From: Candidatus Babelota bacterium
GTDB taxonomy: Bacteria; Babelota; Babeliae; Babelales; JACPOV01
DNA length: 64,000 nucleotides
Assembly (NCBI GenBank): GCA_022707425.1
Contig: JAKJAQ010000008.1
Coordinates: 2,498-66,497, forward strand
Direction: 5' to 3'
In this document: positions 36,367 through 45,889 of the stretch, piece by piece
Numbering within the stretch: the first letter of the stretch is position 1
Layout: each line of letters begins with the position of its first letter
The notes under the pieces: model-generated
Told to the model about the DNA's origin: nothing
The model's input: the letters and a program-made list of their open reading frames with translations, nothing else
The model's database searches: none
Made by a program: the position numbers and the translations under genes

Positions 36367-37560
36367 TTAGAGCACGTTAATCATGAATAACGATTCCATA
36401 TTGCTAAACCTGTTAATTGCATGCTCACCTTTACATAACATCCACTCGGGAACAACACGTTGTGCATATTCCATGAAAAATTTAAGCCCAACACGATATT
36501 CAATATTACCATCGGGATAGCTAAATTTTTCAGGAAATGCAATTCCTATACCGAAAAGACGCGGTCCGATAATACCTGAAATGTCATCATAAATTAAATT
36601 ATTAGTTCCATTAATTGGTGGTAATTCATTTCGTTCAAAGCCGATTGCATAAATCAGTTTTGTACATAAGGGTAACCATTTGCGTAGAATAGTAGGTTTA
36701 TTTTTTAATCGTGCCAGATTTTTTGGTGGTTTTTTTTCTAGTACCTCTTTTGCCCATTGCGCCGTTGATCCTTTAAGTCCAGCATTTTGATTTTGAACCC
36801 AGGTTCCCATATCAACGGTATACACAATTGGTTTATTGAAAAAATTAACAATATATTTAACCGGTAGTTCAGATAAATATTTTAAAATTAATATTGCTGA
36901 ATGCGCACTGCCAAAAACACCAACAACATCGGTTGGCGTGAGGTAACTTGCCAACGTCGATTTATCAAGTGCAAGATCAAGCGGAATAGCTTGCTTATTT
37001 TCATAATGCAACTCTTTCGGATGTGATCCTGTTGCGAGGACCACAAAGCGTGCATGCTGTTCATGCACATTCTGTTTATCGGTTGATTCAATACCAACGT
37101 GCCATAAATCATCATCAAACTGCAGCGAAATGAGTGAACCCTTTATTGCCTGAACTCGTGAAAGTAATCCTTGGGTAATTGCACGTAAGGGACGCACAAT
37201 AACATGGAGCGGAAATGCCGTTTTTTGGTCCATTTTTTTTAATTCATCGATCATTTCAGGTGCACAATCGTTAAATACTTTGCAAGCAGTTAAAAATTCA
37301 ACGTACATCCACGTAGGCGCATTTCCCGGAACTGTTTCATAATAGTGCCCCAATCTACCTACATCAAATTCAGGATCCAGCCAAATAATAGATGATCCCT
37401 CAATTCCTAAATCTAGCAGCAGACCAATAACTGCAATGCCTGCAGGTCCAGCACCAACAACAACCCATTTATTATTTTGAATCTCACTTTGCGCGGTTGC
37501 TGCAAGGCAAAAGAAAAACACGAAAAATATGATAAAGTTTTTGAATAATTTTTTCATCAC
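36367..37560 (-). CDS. FAD/NAD(P)-binding oxidoreductase with N-terminal signal/anchor
   Basis: Signal-like MMKKLFKNFIIFFVFFFCLAATA, then WVVVGAGPAGIAVIG (GxGxxG). Second dinucleotide-fold-like VGVFGSAHSAILI. Confidence 0.65.
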   Translation of the reverse strand: MMKKLFKNFIIFFVFFFCLAATAQSEIQNNKWVVVGAGPAGIAVIGLLLDLGIEGSSIIWLDPEFDVGRLGHYYETVPGNAPTWMYVEFLTACKVFNDCAPEMIDELKKMDQKTAFPLHVIVRPLRAITQGLLSRVQAIKGSLISLQFDDDLWHVGIESTDKQNVHEQHARFVVLATGSHPKELHYENKQAIPLDLALDKSTLASYLTPTDVVGVFGSAHSAILILKYLSELPVKYIVNFFNKPIVYTVDMGTWVQNQNAGLKGSTAQWAKEVLEKKPPKNLARLKNKPTILRKWLPLCTKLIYAIGFERNELPPINGTNNLIYDDISGIIGPRLFGIGIAFPEKFSYPDGNIEYRVGLKFFMEYAQRVVPEWMLCKGEHAINRFSNMESLFMINVL

Positions 37561-37706
37561 CGCTCCTTTTGAATCATTGTTTTCAATCTACATGAAGCTT
37601 TTTATAAAACACAAGATACACAAGCGCAATTTTGGTTGACGAACCATTATCTATTTAACTAGAGTAATGAAAATGCTTGTAAAAAAAGATTTTAAGGGAG
37701 CATCGT

Positions 37707-38105
37707 ATGCAGAAATTGTCCAGTGATGGAGTTGATATTTTAAATAATTGCATCGATCAATGTGAAAAGTGTATTACTGCGTGCCAAGATCTTATCGATA
37801 AATGTAGCGTCAATAATGGCCCTGAATGTGCACAAGCAGTTGGTGCATGTGTCAAACAAAATAATTTTTGTATAGATGCATGTTCAAAAACAATTGATTG
37901 GTGTAACGCACAACTCATAGTTGATGAAAAAAACCGACATTTGTATAAAACATGTATTGAATCATGCCAAAATTGCATCGATCAATGTGAAAACACAACT
38001 GAACAGTGTCGCACGGGGCATGAAGAATGTATTGAAATTTGCTTACAGTGCATAAAATTATGCACCGAAGCTGCCAAAGCATGCGACGCTCTGCTGGAAC
38101 AGTAA
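37707..38105 (+). CDS. Cys-rich four-helix-bundle protein (DUF326 / Csp-like copper-binding type)
   Basis: 20 Cys in 132 aa, in repeated Cx3Cx2Cx3C spacing (CIDQCEKCITAC..., CIESCQNCIDQC...). An exact 20-nt internal repeat occurs at 37749-37768 and 37974-37993. No signal peptide. Confidence 0.7.
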   Translation: MQKLSSDGVDILNNCIDQCEKCITACQDLIDKCSVNNGPECAQAVGACVKQNNFCIDACSKTIDWCNAQLIVDEKNRHLYKTCIESCQNCIDQCENTTEQCRTGHEECIEICLQCIKLCTEAAKACDALLEQ

Positions 38106-38114
38106 AAAAAAATT

Positions 38115-38960
38115 ATGCTGTGCAAAAATTATCGATCATATTCCATTTCTTTTTTTTGTGCATTTTCATTTATCGTTCTTCACAGTCAAGAACGCGCACA
38201 AGATAGCTCAGCGTTTGGATTAGCACTGCCAGATATTGGTAAAACCATTCCGCGGCAAGCAGGCAAAACAAGTGTACGCGAATCGGCAGTTTATTATCGC
38301 GCACAACATGATTATTTATTTTTTCTTGAGACGATAGTTTCATATGCGTTTAGCGATTTTTTTGGCGTACAGATTGGAATGCCGATAATTGTTGCATTTC
38401 AAAAGAACTTTCATCGTTCAGCTGGCGCAAGTGATGCGCGTGTTGAACTTTCATTTAATATTTACAATCAACCAAATTTTTTAGCAAATATTATGGTTGG
38501 CGTACAGTTTCCTAGTGGCAATGCGCGAGTTATTCCAAATACGGGTACCGGATCATTCGATTTTGTAGGTAGATTTACCACCGTTCATTCTTCCGAACAT
38601 TGGTACATGGGATATAAAACATCTGCCTTCGTTACCCATACACGAAGACATTTTAAAAATGGAAATTTTTACTTTTTTGAAATGGGATTTGGTCCAAAAT
38701 TTCACTTTAACAAAAAATCGCCCCTGCATTGCTATTGTATCGGTCAATTATTTGGTATTCTTTTCGAACAAGATAAATTTAACAATATCACTTTGCAAAA
38801 CACCGGTGGACAAGTATATTTTTTTGGCCCACTATTGAGTGCAACTTGGAAAGGATTTCTAGTTGAAGGAAGTTTTCTTGTTCCTATTGGGCAAAGCAGG
38901 TACGGAAATCAACCAAAATTTGATTTTCGCACCGCACTCACATTCGAAATTACTTTTTAA
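38115..38960 (+). CDS. putative outer-membrane beta-barrel protein
   Basis: Signal-like N-terminus. Alternating beta-strand pattern. C-terminus TALTFEITF ends in Phe. Starts 9 nt after the Cys-rich gene. Confidence 0.55.
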   Translation: MLCKNYRSYSISFFCAFSFIVLHSQERAQDSSAFGLALPDIGKTIPRQAGKTSVRESAVYYRAQHDYLFFLETIVSYAFSDFFGVQIGMPIIVAFQKNFHRSAGASDARVELSFNIYNQPNFLANIMVGVQFPSGNARVIPNTGTGSFDFVGRFTTVHSSEHWYMGYKTSAFVTHTRRHFKNGNFYFFEMGFGPKFHFNKKSPLHCYCIGQLFGILFEQDKFNNITLQNTGGQVYFFGPLLSATWKGFLVEGSFLVPIGQSRYGNQPKFDFRTALTFEITF

Positions 38961-38981
38961 AATGGTAAACGAAAAATCACT

Positions 38982-39668
38982 ATGAGCACCTTATTATCAC
39001 GCCGAAAAAAAATCGCTCTTTTTTCTTTGATTATTATTATCAGTTGCGCTATCTATTTTGCACATCAATCTTCCTATTTAAGCTTTGCCTATTTTAATCA
39101 AAAAAAAGATGAGCTTTTATATTTAGTACAAACGAATGAACTTCTGGCATCACTTATTTTTATAGGATTATATATTTTAGTGACTTTGTTCACTCCCGGT
39201 GCCGCTATGTTTTCGCTCGCAGGAGGATTTTTATTCGGTGTTCTTAAAGCAACCGCTTTTATTGTTATTGCTGCGACAATTAGTGGCTCCATCACGTTTT
39301 TGATTATGCGCTATCTTTTGGGCAATGCAGTACAACAAAAATATGCTGTGCGATTAAAAAATTTTAATCATGAGTTGCACCATTACGGAAGCTACTACTT
39401 GCTAATGGTGCGCGTTATTCCCATATTTCCATTTTTTTTGGTTAACAGCATTATTGGGCTCACAAAAATTCGACTTACCACCTTTGCATGGACAACTGCT
39501 CTTGGCATTATTCCCGGCACACTCATTTATACCTTCGCTGGCAAACAAATCGGTAATATAAATTCTCCGCGAGATGTTTTGTCGCTACCGTTATTGCTCG
39601 CCCTTATTTGTCTTGGGCTACTTGCGCTCATTCCGGTTTTTATTAAAAAAAGACAAAAATCACTTTAA
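38982..39668 (+). CDS. TVP38/TMEM64 (DedA-related) family membrane protein
   Basis: LVTLFTPGAAMFSLAGGFLFG and RVIPIFPFFLVNSIIGLTKIRLTTF...GIIPGTLIYTFAG match the family pattern. Confidence 0.8.
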   Translation: MSTLLSRRKKIALFSLIIIISCAIYFAHQSSYLSFAYFNQKKDELLYLVQTNELLASLIFIGLYILVTLFTPGAAMFSLAGGFLFGVLKATAFIVIAATISGSITFLIMRYLLGNAVQQKYAVRLKNFNHELHHYGSYYLLMVRVIPIFPFFLVNSIIGLTKIRLTTFAWTTALGIIPGTLIYTFAGKQIGNINSPRDVLSLPLLLALICLGLLALIPVFIKKRQKSL

Positions 39669-39797
39669 GGCCGTCCGTTTTTTATAATAAAAGATTAAAA
39701 TTGTCCTGAATTCATTAAATATTTCTGATTGTAATTTTTTGTAGAAATGGTATCCTATTAATAGAATTTAATTTTATTAATAAAATGGAACAGAGCT

Positions 39798-40427
39798 ATG
39801 AAAAAGACATTATTTCTACTCATTCATGTCCTAGCTTTTGCGGTTGGCTCGATCAAAGCCATTAATGAAAACTATTCTCCTATTGTTGACAATGAACAAA
39901 ACCTGCCGCCCCGAGCAAATAATACAGAACAGGTCGCAGTAAATCCGTTAGCTAACCAAATTCCCGTAGCTCAGCAACAGCCTAATGGATCCAAGTTTTC
40001 TCGCGATATGGCATCTGCGAAAAAAATGCAAAAAAATCAAACAGAAAGTAAATTTAAATGGCCCAAAAAACAATCATTGGGACATAAGATACTGCAGGAC
40101 AATGCAGATCAGCAAAAAACTAAAGAACAATTAGAAGAACTGAGCAGAGTTTTGCAACAAAGAATGAACCGAAATACAATGATAAATAATTACAAGTATT
40201 TACAACATCGCAAAAATATTGATCTTACAAAAAATCCAGATGATGAAAAAAAATTTAATAAGCTGCCCCCAAAAGCACAACAAAATCTTATCAATAAGCA
40301 TGGCATTATAACCAAAGAAGTAAAACGCGAGAAAGCAAGAAATCGTGTTGCATTCGCTATTGTTGGAACTGCGATCTTTGCGATATATAAATGCTTTGGT
40401 GATTTGCGTGGTATATTTTCTGAATAA
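39798..40427 (+). CDS. hypothetical protein, N-terminal signal plus C-terminal TM
   Basis: Signal MKKTLFLLIHVLAFAVGSIKA. Gln/Lys-rich middle. C-terminal TM VAFAIVGTAIFAIYKCF. Confidence 0.5.
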   Translation: MKKTLFLLIHVLAFAVGSIKAINENYSPIVDNEQNLPPRANNTEQVAVNPLANQIPVAQQQPNGSKFSRDMASAKKMQKNQTESKFKWPKKQSLGHKILQDNADQQKTKEQLEELSRVLQQRMNRNTMINNYKYLQHRKNIDLTKNPDDEKKFNKLPPKAQQNLINKHGIITKEVKREKARNRVAFAIVGTAIFAIYKCFGDLRGIFSE

Positions 40428-40433
40428 TATTTT

Positions 40434-41147
40434 CTATTGTCCGGCACCTTTATCTACCGCTTCATTTTTATTTTGTTCAGAAAGTTTTTTTACATTTTCA
40501 AAGAAATTCACAATTCCCTGGGCATTATTATATTTTTCAACATTATACTTGTTTCTTGACTTAAATTCAGAAATATTCTCAGGTAAATCCGCTACCGCTT
40601 TTCCTATGCTACTAAAAGATATAATTCCAGCAACAAATGCCCCAAGTCTCATGAGCGGATTATCAAAGTAACTATGTGCTTTATGACATACATAAGTTGA
40701 TGCAATCGAAATTCCTAATCCAGCGAATATGTTTGCAAATCCAACTGTTCGCTCATAAAGCAACTCTTTTTTTCTTTTTTTTAATTCATCTGCCGCAAAC
40801 TCATTATAGCTTTCATTATTTTCCAATGTTTTTAAAAAAGATCCTATTTGATCAAGCTGTTCACTTAAAATTTCATTACGCGCAACAGTAATTTTTTTAT
40901 TGTTTGTACACAAAAAATCGATCGTTTTATAATTAATTTTAGTTGTAGTAATTAATTTATATTTAAATTCTTCCAATTTAGCTTCTTGAATTAAACATCG
41001 TATATCAACAAAATCTTGAGGTTTGAATTTAATTACCGAATCATTCTTAAATAATGGATAAGTGTCATTCTCCATTGCTCCACATTGTAAAAAATTAAGC
41101 ACAACGAGCAACATTAAACACGATTGTTTCAGATTTATTATTTTCAT
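40434..41147 (-). CDS. hypothetical exported/membrane protein
   Basis: Start taken at MKIINLKQSCLMLLVVLNFLQCGA (ATG 41147). Two hydrophobic helices near residue 150-200. No family recognised. Confidence 0.5.
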   Translation of the reverse strand: MKIINLKQSCLMLLVVLNFLQCGAMENDTYPLFKNDSVIKFKPQDFVDIRCLIQEAKLEEFKYKLITTTKINYKTIDFLCTNNKKITVARNEILSEQLDQIGSFLKTLENNESYNEFAADELKKRKKELLYERTVGFANIFAGLGISIASTYVCHKAHSYFDNPLMRLGAFVAGIISFSSIGKAVADLPENISEFKSRNKYNVEKYNNAQGIVNFFENVKKLSEQNKNEAVDKGAGQ

Positions 41148-41256
41148 GCCGTACCATTTCTTGAAATTGAATTTTTTTTTAAACAGCGCATACATTCTTT
41201 ACTTACATACTCTCACTATATTAACGTGAAACAAAAAATATAGGGAGAATTTTTAT

Positions 41257-42558
41257 TTGAATAACTATTTTTATTTTTTTATTTTAATTCTGAATTTTTT
41301 TTGCACACTGCATTCATCACATCATGAACAAATGTCAATACACGATCGTACTCTTGATGATTTAACACCCAGCAATCATTCAAATCAGCACATGATGCAC
41401 GGAATGTATGGGCGTTATCCAATGGAACGAGAAATTTCTGGCACCGATTGGCAACCAGAATCAATTCCGATGGATGGTCTTCATTACATGCACAATGAAT
41501 GGTTGTTCATGACGCACGATTTTATCAATGCAGCATTTACACACCAAAGCGGCCCGCGCGGCGGAAATCAAATTTTTAGCACAAGCATGTTCATGGCAAC
41601 TGCACAGCGCGATTTTGGTGAACATTACACATTTGCTGCGCGCACAATGTTCTCACTCGATCCATTAAACGGAAAAAAAGGGTATCGATTACTGTTACAG
41701 ACTGGTGAAACAGCAGATGGTGTTACGCCGCTTATTGATCGGCAACATCCACACGAGCTTGTTGATGAGCTTGCGGTAGTACAAACTATAATGATCAATA
41801 AACACAGTTCAATTTTTTTTTATTTTGGATTACCTGGTGAACCTGCACTTGGCCCGCCAGTGTATATGATGCGTTACAGTGGCACATATAACCCTGAAGC
41901 ACCAATCAGTCACCATTGGCTTGATTCAACGCATGTTCAATTTGGTGTTTTTACGGTTGGTTATGTTTGGCGCATGCTCAAAATTGATGCTTCGGTATTT
42001 ACTGGACGCGAACCAGATCAGCATCGCTACGATTTTGAATGTCCACGTTTTGATTCATTTTCAATTCGTGCAACGGCAAATCCAACCCCCGATCTTTCAA
42101 TGCAATTGAGTATTGGTTTTTTAAAATCACCAGAACAGTTAGAGCCCGATGTTAATATTACACGCACAACCGCCTCATGTATCTATAACATTTTGAGAAA
42201 TCGGTTGAAGTGCCAAATAACCGGATGCTGGGGTCTCAATAAAAAACATCCTGGTACCACGACAAACGCATTATTATTAGAAACAACCGTTGATCTTCAT
42301 GATAAACATTATTTTTTTGGTCGCACAGAATTCGTGCAGAAAGATGAATTGTTTGCGCCACCCGATCCACGATTTTCACAAATTTTTAACGTGGGTAAAT
42401 TAACACTTGGTTATATTTATCAATTGGTAGTGTGCCATCATGTTGAATTTGGCATCGGCGCATTAGGTTCTGTTATTTTTATACCTCACGATTTAGTCGA
42501 AAGTTACGGAAAGAATCCGCTTTCTGGAACAATCTTTCTACAAATGCGAATTGTGTAA
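41257..42558 (+). CDS. putative outer-membrane protein with His/Met-rich N-terminal segment
   Basis: TTG start behind AGGGAGA. Signal-like NNYFYFFILILNFFCTL. Then HSSHHEQMSIHD...HSNQHMMHGMYGRYPME. Conserved-looking LLLQTGETADGVTPLIDRQHPHE. Beta-rich C-terminal part. Confidence 0.55.
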   Translation: MNNYFYFFILILNFFCTLHSSHHEQMSIHDRTLDDLTPSNHSNQHMMHGMYGRYPMEREISGTDWQPESIPMDGLHYMHNEWLFMTHDFINAAFTHQSGPRGGNQIFSTSMFMATAQRDFGEHYTFAARTMFSLDPLNGKKGYRLLLQTGETADGVTPLIDRQHPHELVDELAVVQTIMINKHSSIFFYFGLPGEPALGPPVYMMRYSGTYNPEAPISHHWLDSTHVQFGVFTVGYVWRMLKIDASVFTGREPDQHRYDFECPRFDSFSIRATANPTPDLSMQLSIGFLKSPEQLEPDVNITRTTASCIYNILRNRLKCQITGCWGLNKKHPGTTTNALLLETTVDLHDKHYFFGRTEFVQKDELFAPPDPRFSQIFNVGKLTLGYIYQLVVCHHVEFGIGALGSVIFIPHDLVESYGKNPLSGTIFLQMRIV

Positions 42559-42707
42559 GAAAATGGGTGGAAACCATCCAAAAAAGTTGTTATCATTATA
42601 ATTAATAGTGGCACTTTTCCATCAACTTCGTGCTATTTGCACATTATGCGCACAAAAAAAGTGAAAAAGGAGCTCTAGTAACCCAAAAAACGGCCATTTT
42701 TTGCACT

Positions 42708-43994
42708 ATGAAAAAGAAAAATTTACTTTTTACCATGATTTTAGCTTGCACATCATTAGTTGTGCCATTGCATTGTACCGAATTTGCAACTCCTGAACGG
42801 CGCGAAAAATGGTTTACCATTTTTGTTCATGGTATTATCAGTGTTAAACCTCATCTGAATGTACCTAATATTATTAAACTTATGCGCGATGATATTGCCA
42901 ATTCGGTCTACGCACGTGCCGTTGAAATTATGCGAAAAGATGACTTTTTTTATAAATATCACGCGATGCAAGAGGTCGGGTTACTTCCTGTTGATATCAA
43001 TTCAACCAAGCCAGGTGCCGCTGCATCGGTTTTTGCGCGCACTTTTGACACAGTTGCCAAATTTGCAAACCCTGAGATGCCAAAACAGGAATATTACACG
43101 TTCGGCTGGTCAGGCCTGTTGAGCCAATTCATGTGGAATCTGGAAGCGGAAATTTTTTACAAAAAATTGGATGAATTAGTAGCAACAACGCGAGCGCAAG
43201 GATATGAACCACGCATCCGCATGGTTGGCTACAGCCATGGTGGCACGTTTGCACTCCATTTGGCGCATTTTGATACCGGTTCATTTGCGATCGACGAAAT
43301 GTGGCTTATTGGTGTTCCAGTATTGCCAGGAGCCTATGACCTTATTAATAGACCATTTTTTAAAAAAATTGACCATTTTTATTCATACGGCGATCGTGTT
43401 CAACCACTTGATTGTTTTGGCCTCAACAGATTTTTTTCAGATCGTGTTTTTTCGCCAACTTCAAAAAAACCACTGCCTGCAAAATTAACTCAAATTCAGA
43501 TGAAATTTCGCCGACCTGTATTTGCGCATAAAACATGCCCTATTCATAAAAATGGTTGCACCAAAATTAACCGATCACGCATGCGAAATGCCGATCCGGG
43601 TCACACAGAACTGTGGTCATTTGGCTGGTCACCAGCAAGTTATCGCAGCAATTTCCCATTGCATCCACTTCCTGCGACCGTGTGCTTACCATTTTTTGCT
43701 CAAACAATTGCAAACGAACGTTTGCTTGGTAGCCATGCATCAATCGAAGTTTATTCAAATCACGAATTTATGGTAATTAGTAGCAATAAGTTGAAAAAAA
43801 CAATCCAAGTGCCTTTTTTACCTGACTATTTACTCTCTGCGCTTAAAGATGATGCATTAGCATGCAGACCAGATAATTATCATCCACAGCTTTATAGTGA
43901 GAAAGTGCAACAGGCAATTGTTCATGCGCAAAAAGATCATGATCATGAAAAAAAATTAATGCGCACTAAGCATTCAGCTTATCCCACAAACTAA
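42708..43994 (+). CDS. exported alpha/beta-hydrolase (lipase/esterase-like)
   Basis: Start taken at MKKKNLLFTMILACTSLVVPL (ATG 42708). IFVHGI oxyanion-type motif and nucleophile elbow VGYSHGG (GxSxG). Confidence 0.55.
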   Translation: MKKKNLLFTMILACTSLVVPLHCTEFATPERREKWFTIFVHGIISVKPHLNVPNIIKLMRDDIANSVYARAVEIMRKDDFFYKYHAMQEVGLLPVDINSTKPGAAASVFARTFDTVAKFANPEMPKQEYYTFGWSGLLSQFMWNLEAEIFYKKLDELVATTRAQGYEPRIRMVGYSHGGTFALHLAHFDTGSFAIDEMWLIGVPVLPGAYDLINRPFFKKIDHFYSYGDRVQPLDCFGLNRFFSDRVFSPTSKKPLPAKLTQIQMKFRRPVFAHKTCPIHKNGCTKINRSRMRNADPGHTELWSFGWSPASYRSNFPLHPLPATVCLPFFAQTIANERLLGSHASIEVYSNHEFMVISSNKLKKTIQVPFLPDYLLSALKDDALACRPDNYHPQLYSEKVQQAIVHAQKDHDHEKKLMRTKHSAYPTN

Positions 43995-44745
43995 GCAAAT
44001 CGTTCATGCTCATTTGCTGAGCTCGCAACGCAAGTGTTGTTTCAGAGATCTTAGTTAAATCAAAATGTGTTTGCTGTAAATTGTTTTTCAATGTTCGTCT
44101 TGGTTGCTTAAAACACAATTTAATGAACTGCCAAAATTCTTCTTCATTTTTAATTGGCTGCACTGATTGCTTAGGCTTAAAATATAAAAGACGAGAATCT
44201 ACTTTTGGCGGTGGTTCAAAAGCTTGTGGTGGAACTTTATCAAGCTTTTTCCATTCAAAATAGTGTTGAAAAAAAAGTGATGGGTAACCATAGCCCCGCC
44301 CATGCGTTTTTAAAATTTTTTCAGCTACTTCTTCTTGAATCATTATTACTCCCTCTTTAAGCACCGCTCTATTTTTGTGCAGCATGTGCAAAATAGGAAA
44401 AGTAATTTGATAGGGTAAATTGGCTAGTAATGTCCACGGTTTATGTTCATCAAATCGTGCCCAATCAACATCCAAAATATTTTCTTGAAAAATGGTCATA
44501 CGTAAATCGGCATATTTTTTTTCAACAAATCGTGCCCAATCAGCATCAATTTCAAAAACCCACAATCTCTTTATTGGTTGCTGCAAAATTGATCGTGTTA
44601 AAAAACCATCACCACACCCAATTTCAAAAACGGACGAATTTTCATCAAGTATAACATTGGCCACCATGTGATCAATCACCGCTTGCCAACGCAAAAAATG
44701 CTGCCCATACATTTTTTTAACTGCTATGCCTTCGACAAATACCAT
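43966..44745 (-). CDS. rsmA: 16S rRNA (adenine1518/1519-N6)-dimethyltransferase
   Basis: GQHFL, VFEIGCGDGFLT (SAM motif), ANLPYQITFPIL. Confidence 0.9.
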   Translation of the reverse strand: MVFVEGIAVKKMYGQHFLRWQAVIDHMVANVILDENSSVFEIGCGDGFLTRSILQQPIKRLWVFEIDADWARFVEKKYADLRMTIFQENILDVDWARFDEHKPWTLLANLPYQITFPILHMLHKNRAVLKEGVIMIQEEVAEKILKTHGRGYGYPSLFFQHYFEWKKLDKVPPQAFEPPPKVDSRLLYFKPKQSVQPIKNEEEFWQFIKLCFKQPRRTLKNNLQQTHFDLTKISETTLALRAQQMSMNDLLSLWDKLNA

Positions 44746-44872
44746 GAAATCCTTTTGTAATCTTGAAAATCAAAATCAGCCAATATATACTAATAGTAAA
44801 TAATTGAAAAACTAAAAATTGTTGGTTTACCATATAAATTATACCATAAACGACAAAAAAAACAGGTCAGGT

Positions 44873-45889
44873 ATGAAGTTTTCAAAAATTTGTTATTTTA
44901 TAACTTCATTCTTTATCCTAATGAGTTCGCTGTATCTACAAGCGATGGAATATGAACAAGAAAATAATGAGTTCATATTAAGCTCTTCATCAAGTGATAA
45001 AGAAGAATCTATTGATCAAGAAAACAGCGATCAAAATAAATTACAAAAAAAAATAAGCTCGACGCTCAAACAAATCCGTAATAACACTCACTCACTTGTA
45101 CTATCATTTAATAAAAAAGAAAATCCGGACACGATCGCAAATAAAATTGCACGTAATGACACGTTAAATGCCCAGGCGCTTGTGCTTATTGATCAATTAA
45201 ATAAAACACCCACGATAAGCGATAATTATAAATTTCAGATAAAAAAACATCACGATGAACTTCGCGCACTTATGAAAAATTCATTCGTTGCTCCACTTGA
45301 GACACTAAAATCACAACTTCATATTATTAATCTTAAAAATATTATTATTGATAATGTACAAGTTCAAGATACTGATAGCACCAAAAGCATTGAAAAAGAA
45401 GTCGACAATTATCTTTCAACCTATTTTAATAATCTCCTTGATGATTCAAATTACGTAGCGCATATCTATTTAAACTTAATAAATAAATATGAAGTAATTA
45501 TTGGACAAGTTGCTTCTCGCATAGGAAAAGGCCAAGAAAATATAACACAAAAAATGATACAAACTAATAAACCACTACAGGCACTTTTACAAAAATTTGA
45601 AGATGCAATTGATTTTGGCACATTGGCTGAAAAATATTTGAGCCACTATCATTTGCAGCCAAAGACGCAATTAAAGCAAGACCACACGCAATTAACATTT
45701 GATCTTGCTCAGCAAATTGAAAAAATTGATCCCAACGCACTCGTTCGCAATAGTGTCAGAAACCGTGAAAAGCAAGAATACTATGCTCAAAAAACTCATT
45801 TATGGGAGATTTTTATTAATCAATCTCCAAAAAAGAAAAATCTTATTAAACAAATAAAAGAAAATAAAAAAGGAATGGTGCTACCATGA
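44873..45889 (+). CDS. exported helical protein, tandem paralog 1 of 3
   Basis: Signal MKFSKICYFITSFFILMSSLYLQA, acidic tract, helical body with SNYVAHIYLNL and AIDFG motifs shared with the next two genes, and a Lys-rich tail. Confidence 0.65.
   Translation: MKFSKICYFITSFFILMSSLYLQAMEYEQENNEFILSSSSSDKEESIDQENSDQNKLQKKISSTLKQIRNNTHSLVLSFNKKENPDTIANKIARNDTLNAQALVLIDQLNKTPTISDNYKFQIKKHHDELRALMKNSFVAPLETLKSQLHIINLKNIIIDNVQVQDTDSTKSIEKEVDNYLSTYFNNLLDDSNYVAHIYLNLINKYEVIIGQVASRIGKGQENITQKMIQTNKPLQALLQKFEDAIDFGTLAEKYLSHYHLQPKTQLKQDHTQLTFDLAQQIEKIDPNALVRNSVRNREKQEYYAQKTHLWEIFINQSPKKKNLIKQIKENKKGMVLP

Noticed and set aside
42560-42600. Short hairpin tgggtgg-aaa-ccatcca after the OMP gene at 41257-42558
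   Set aside because: It is followed by an A-run rather than a T-run on the relevant strand, and the stem is only 7 bp with a G-U pair. Not a convincing terminator.
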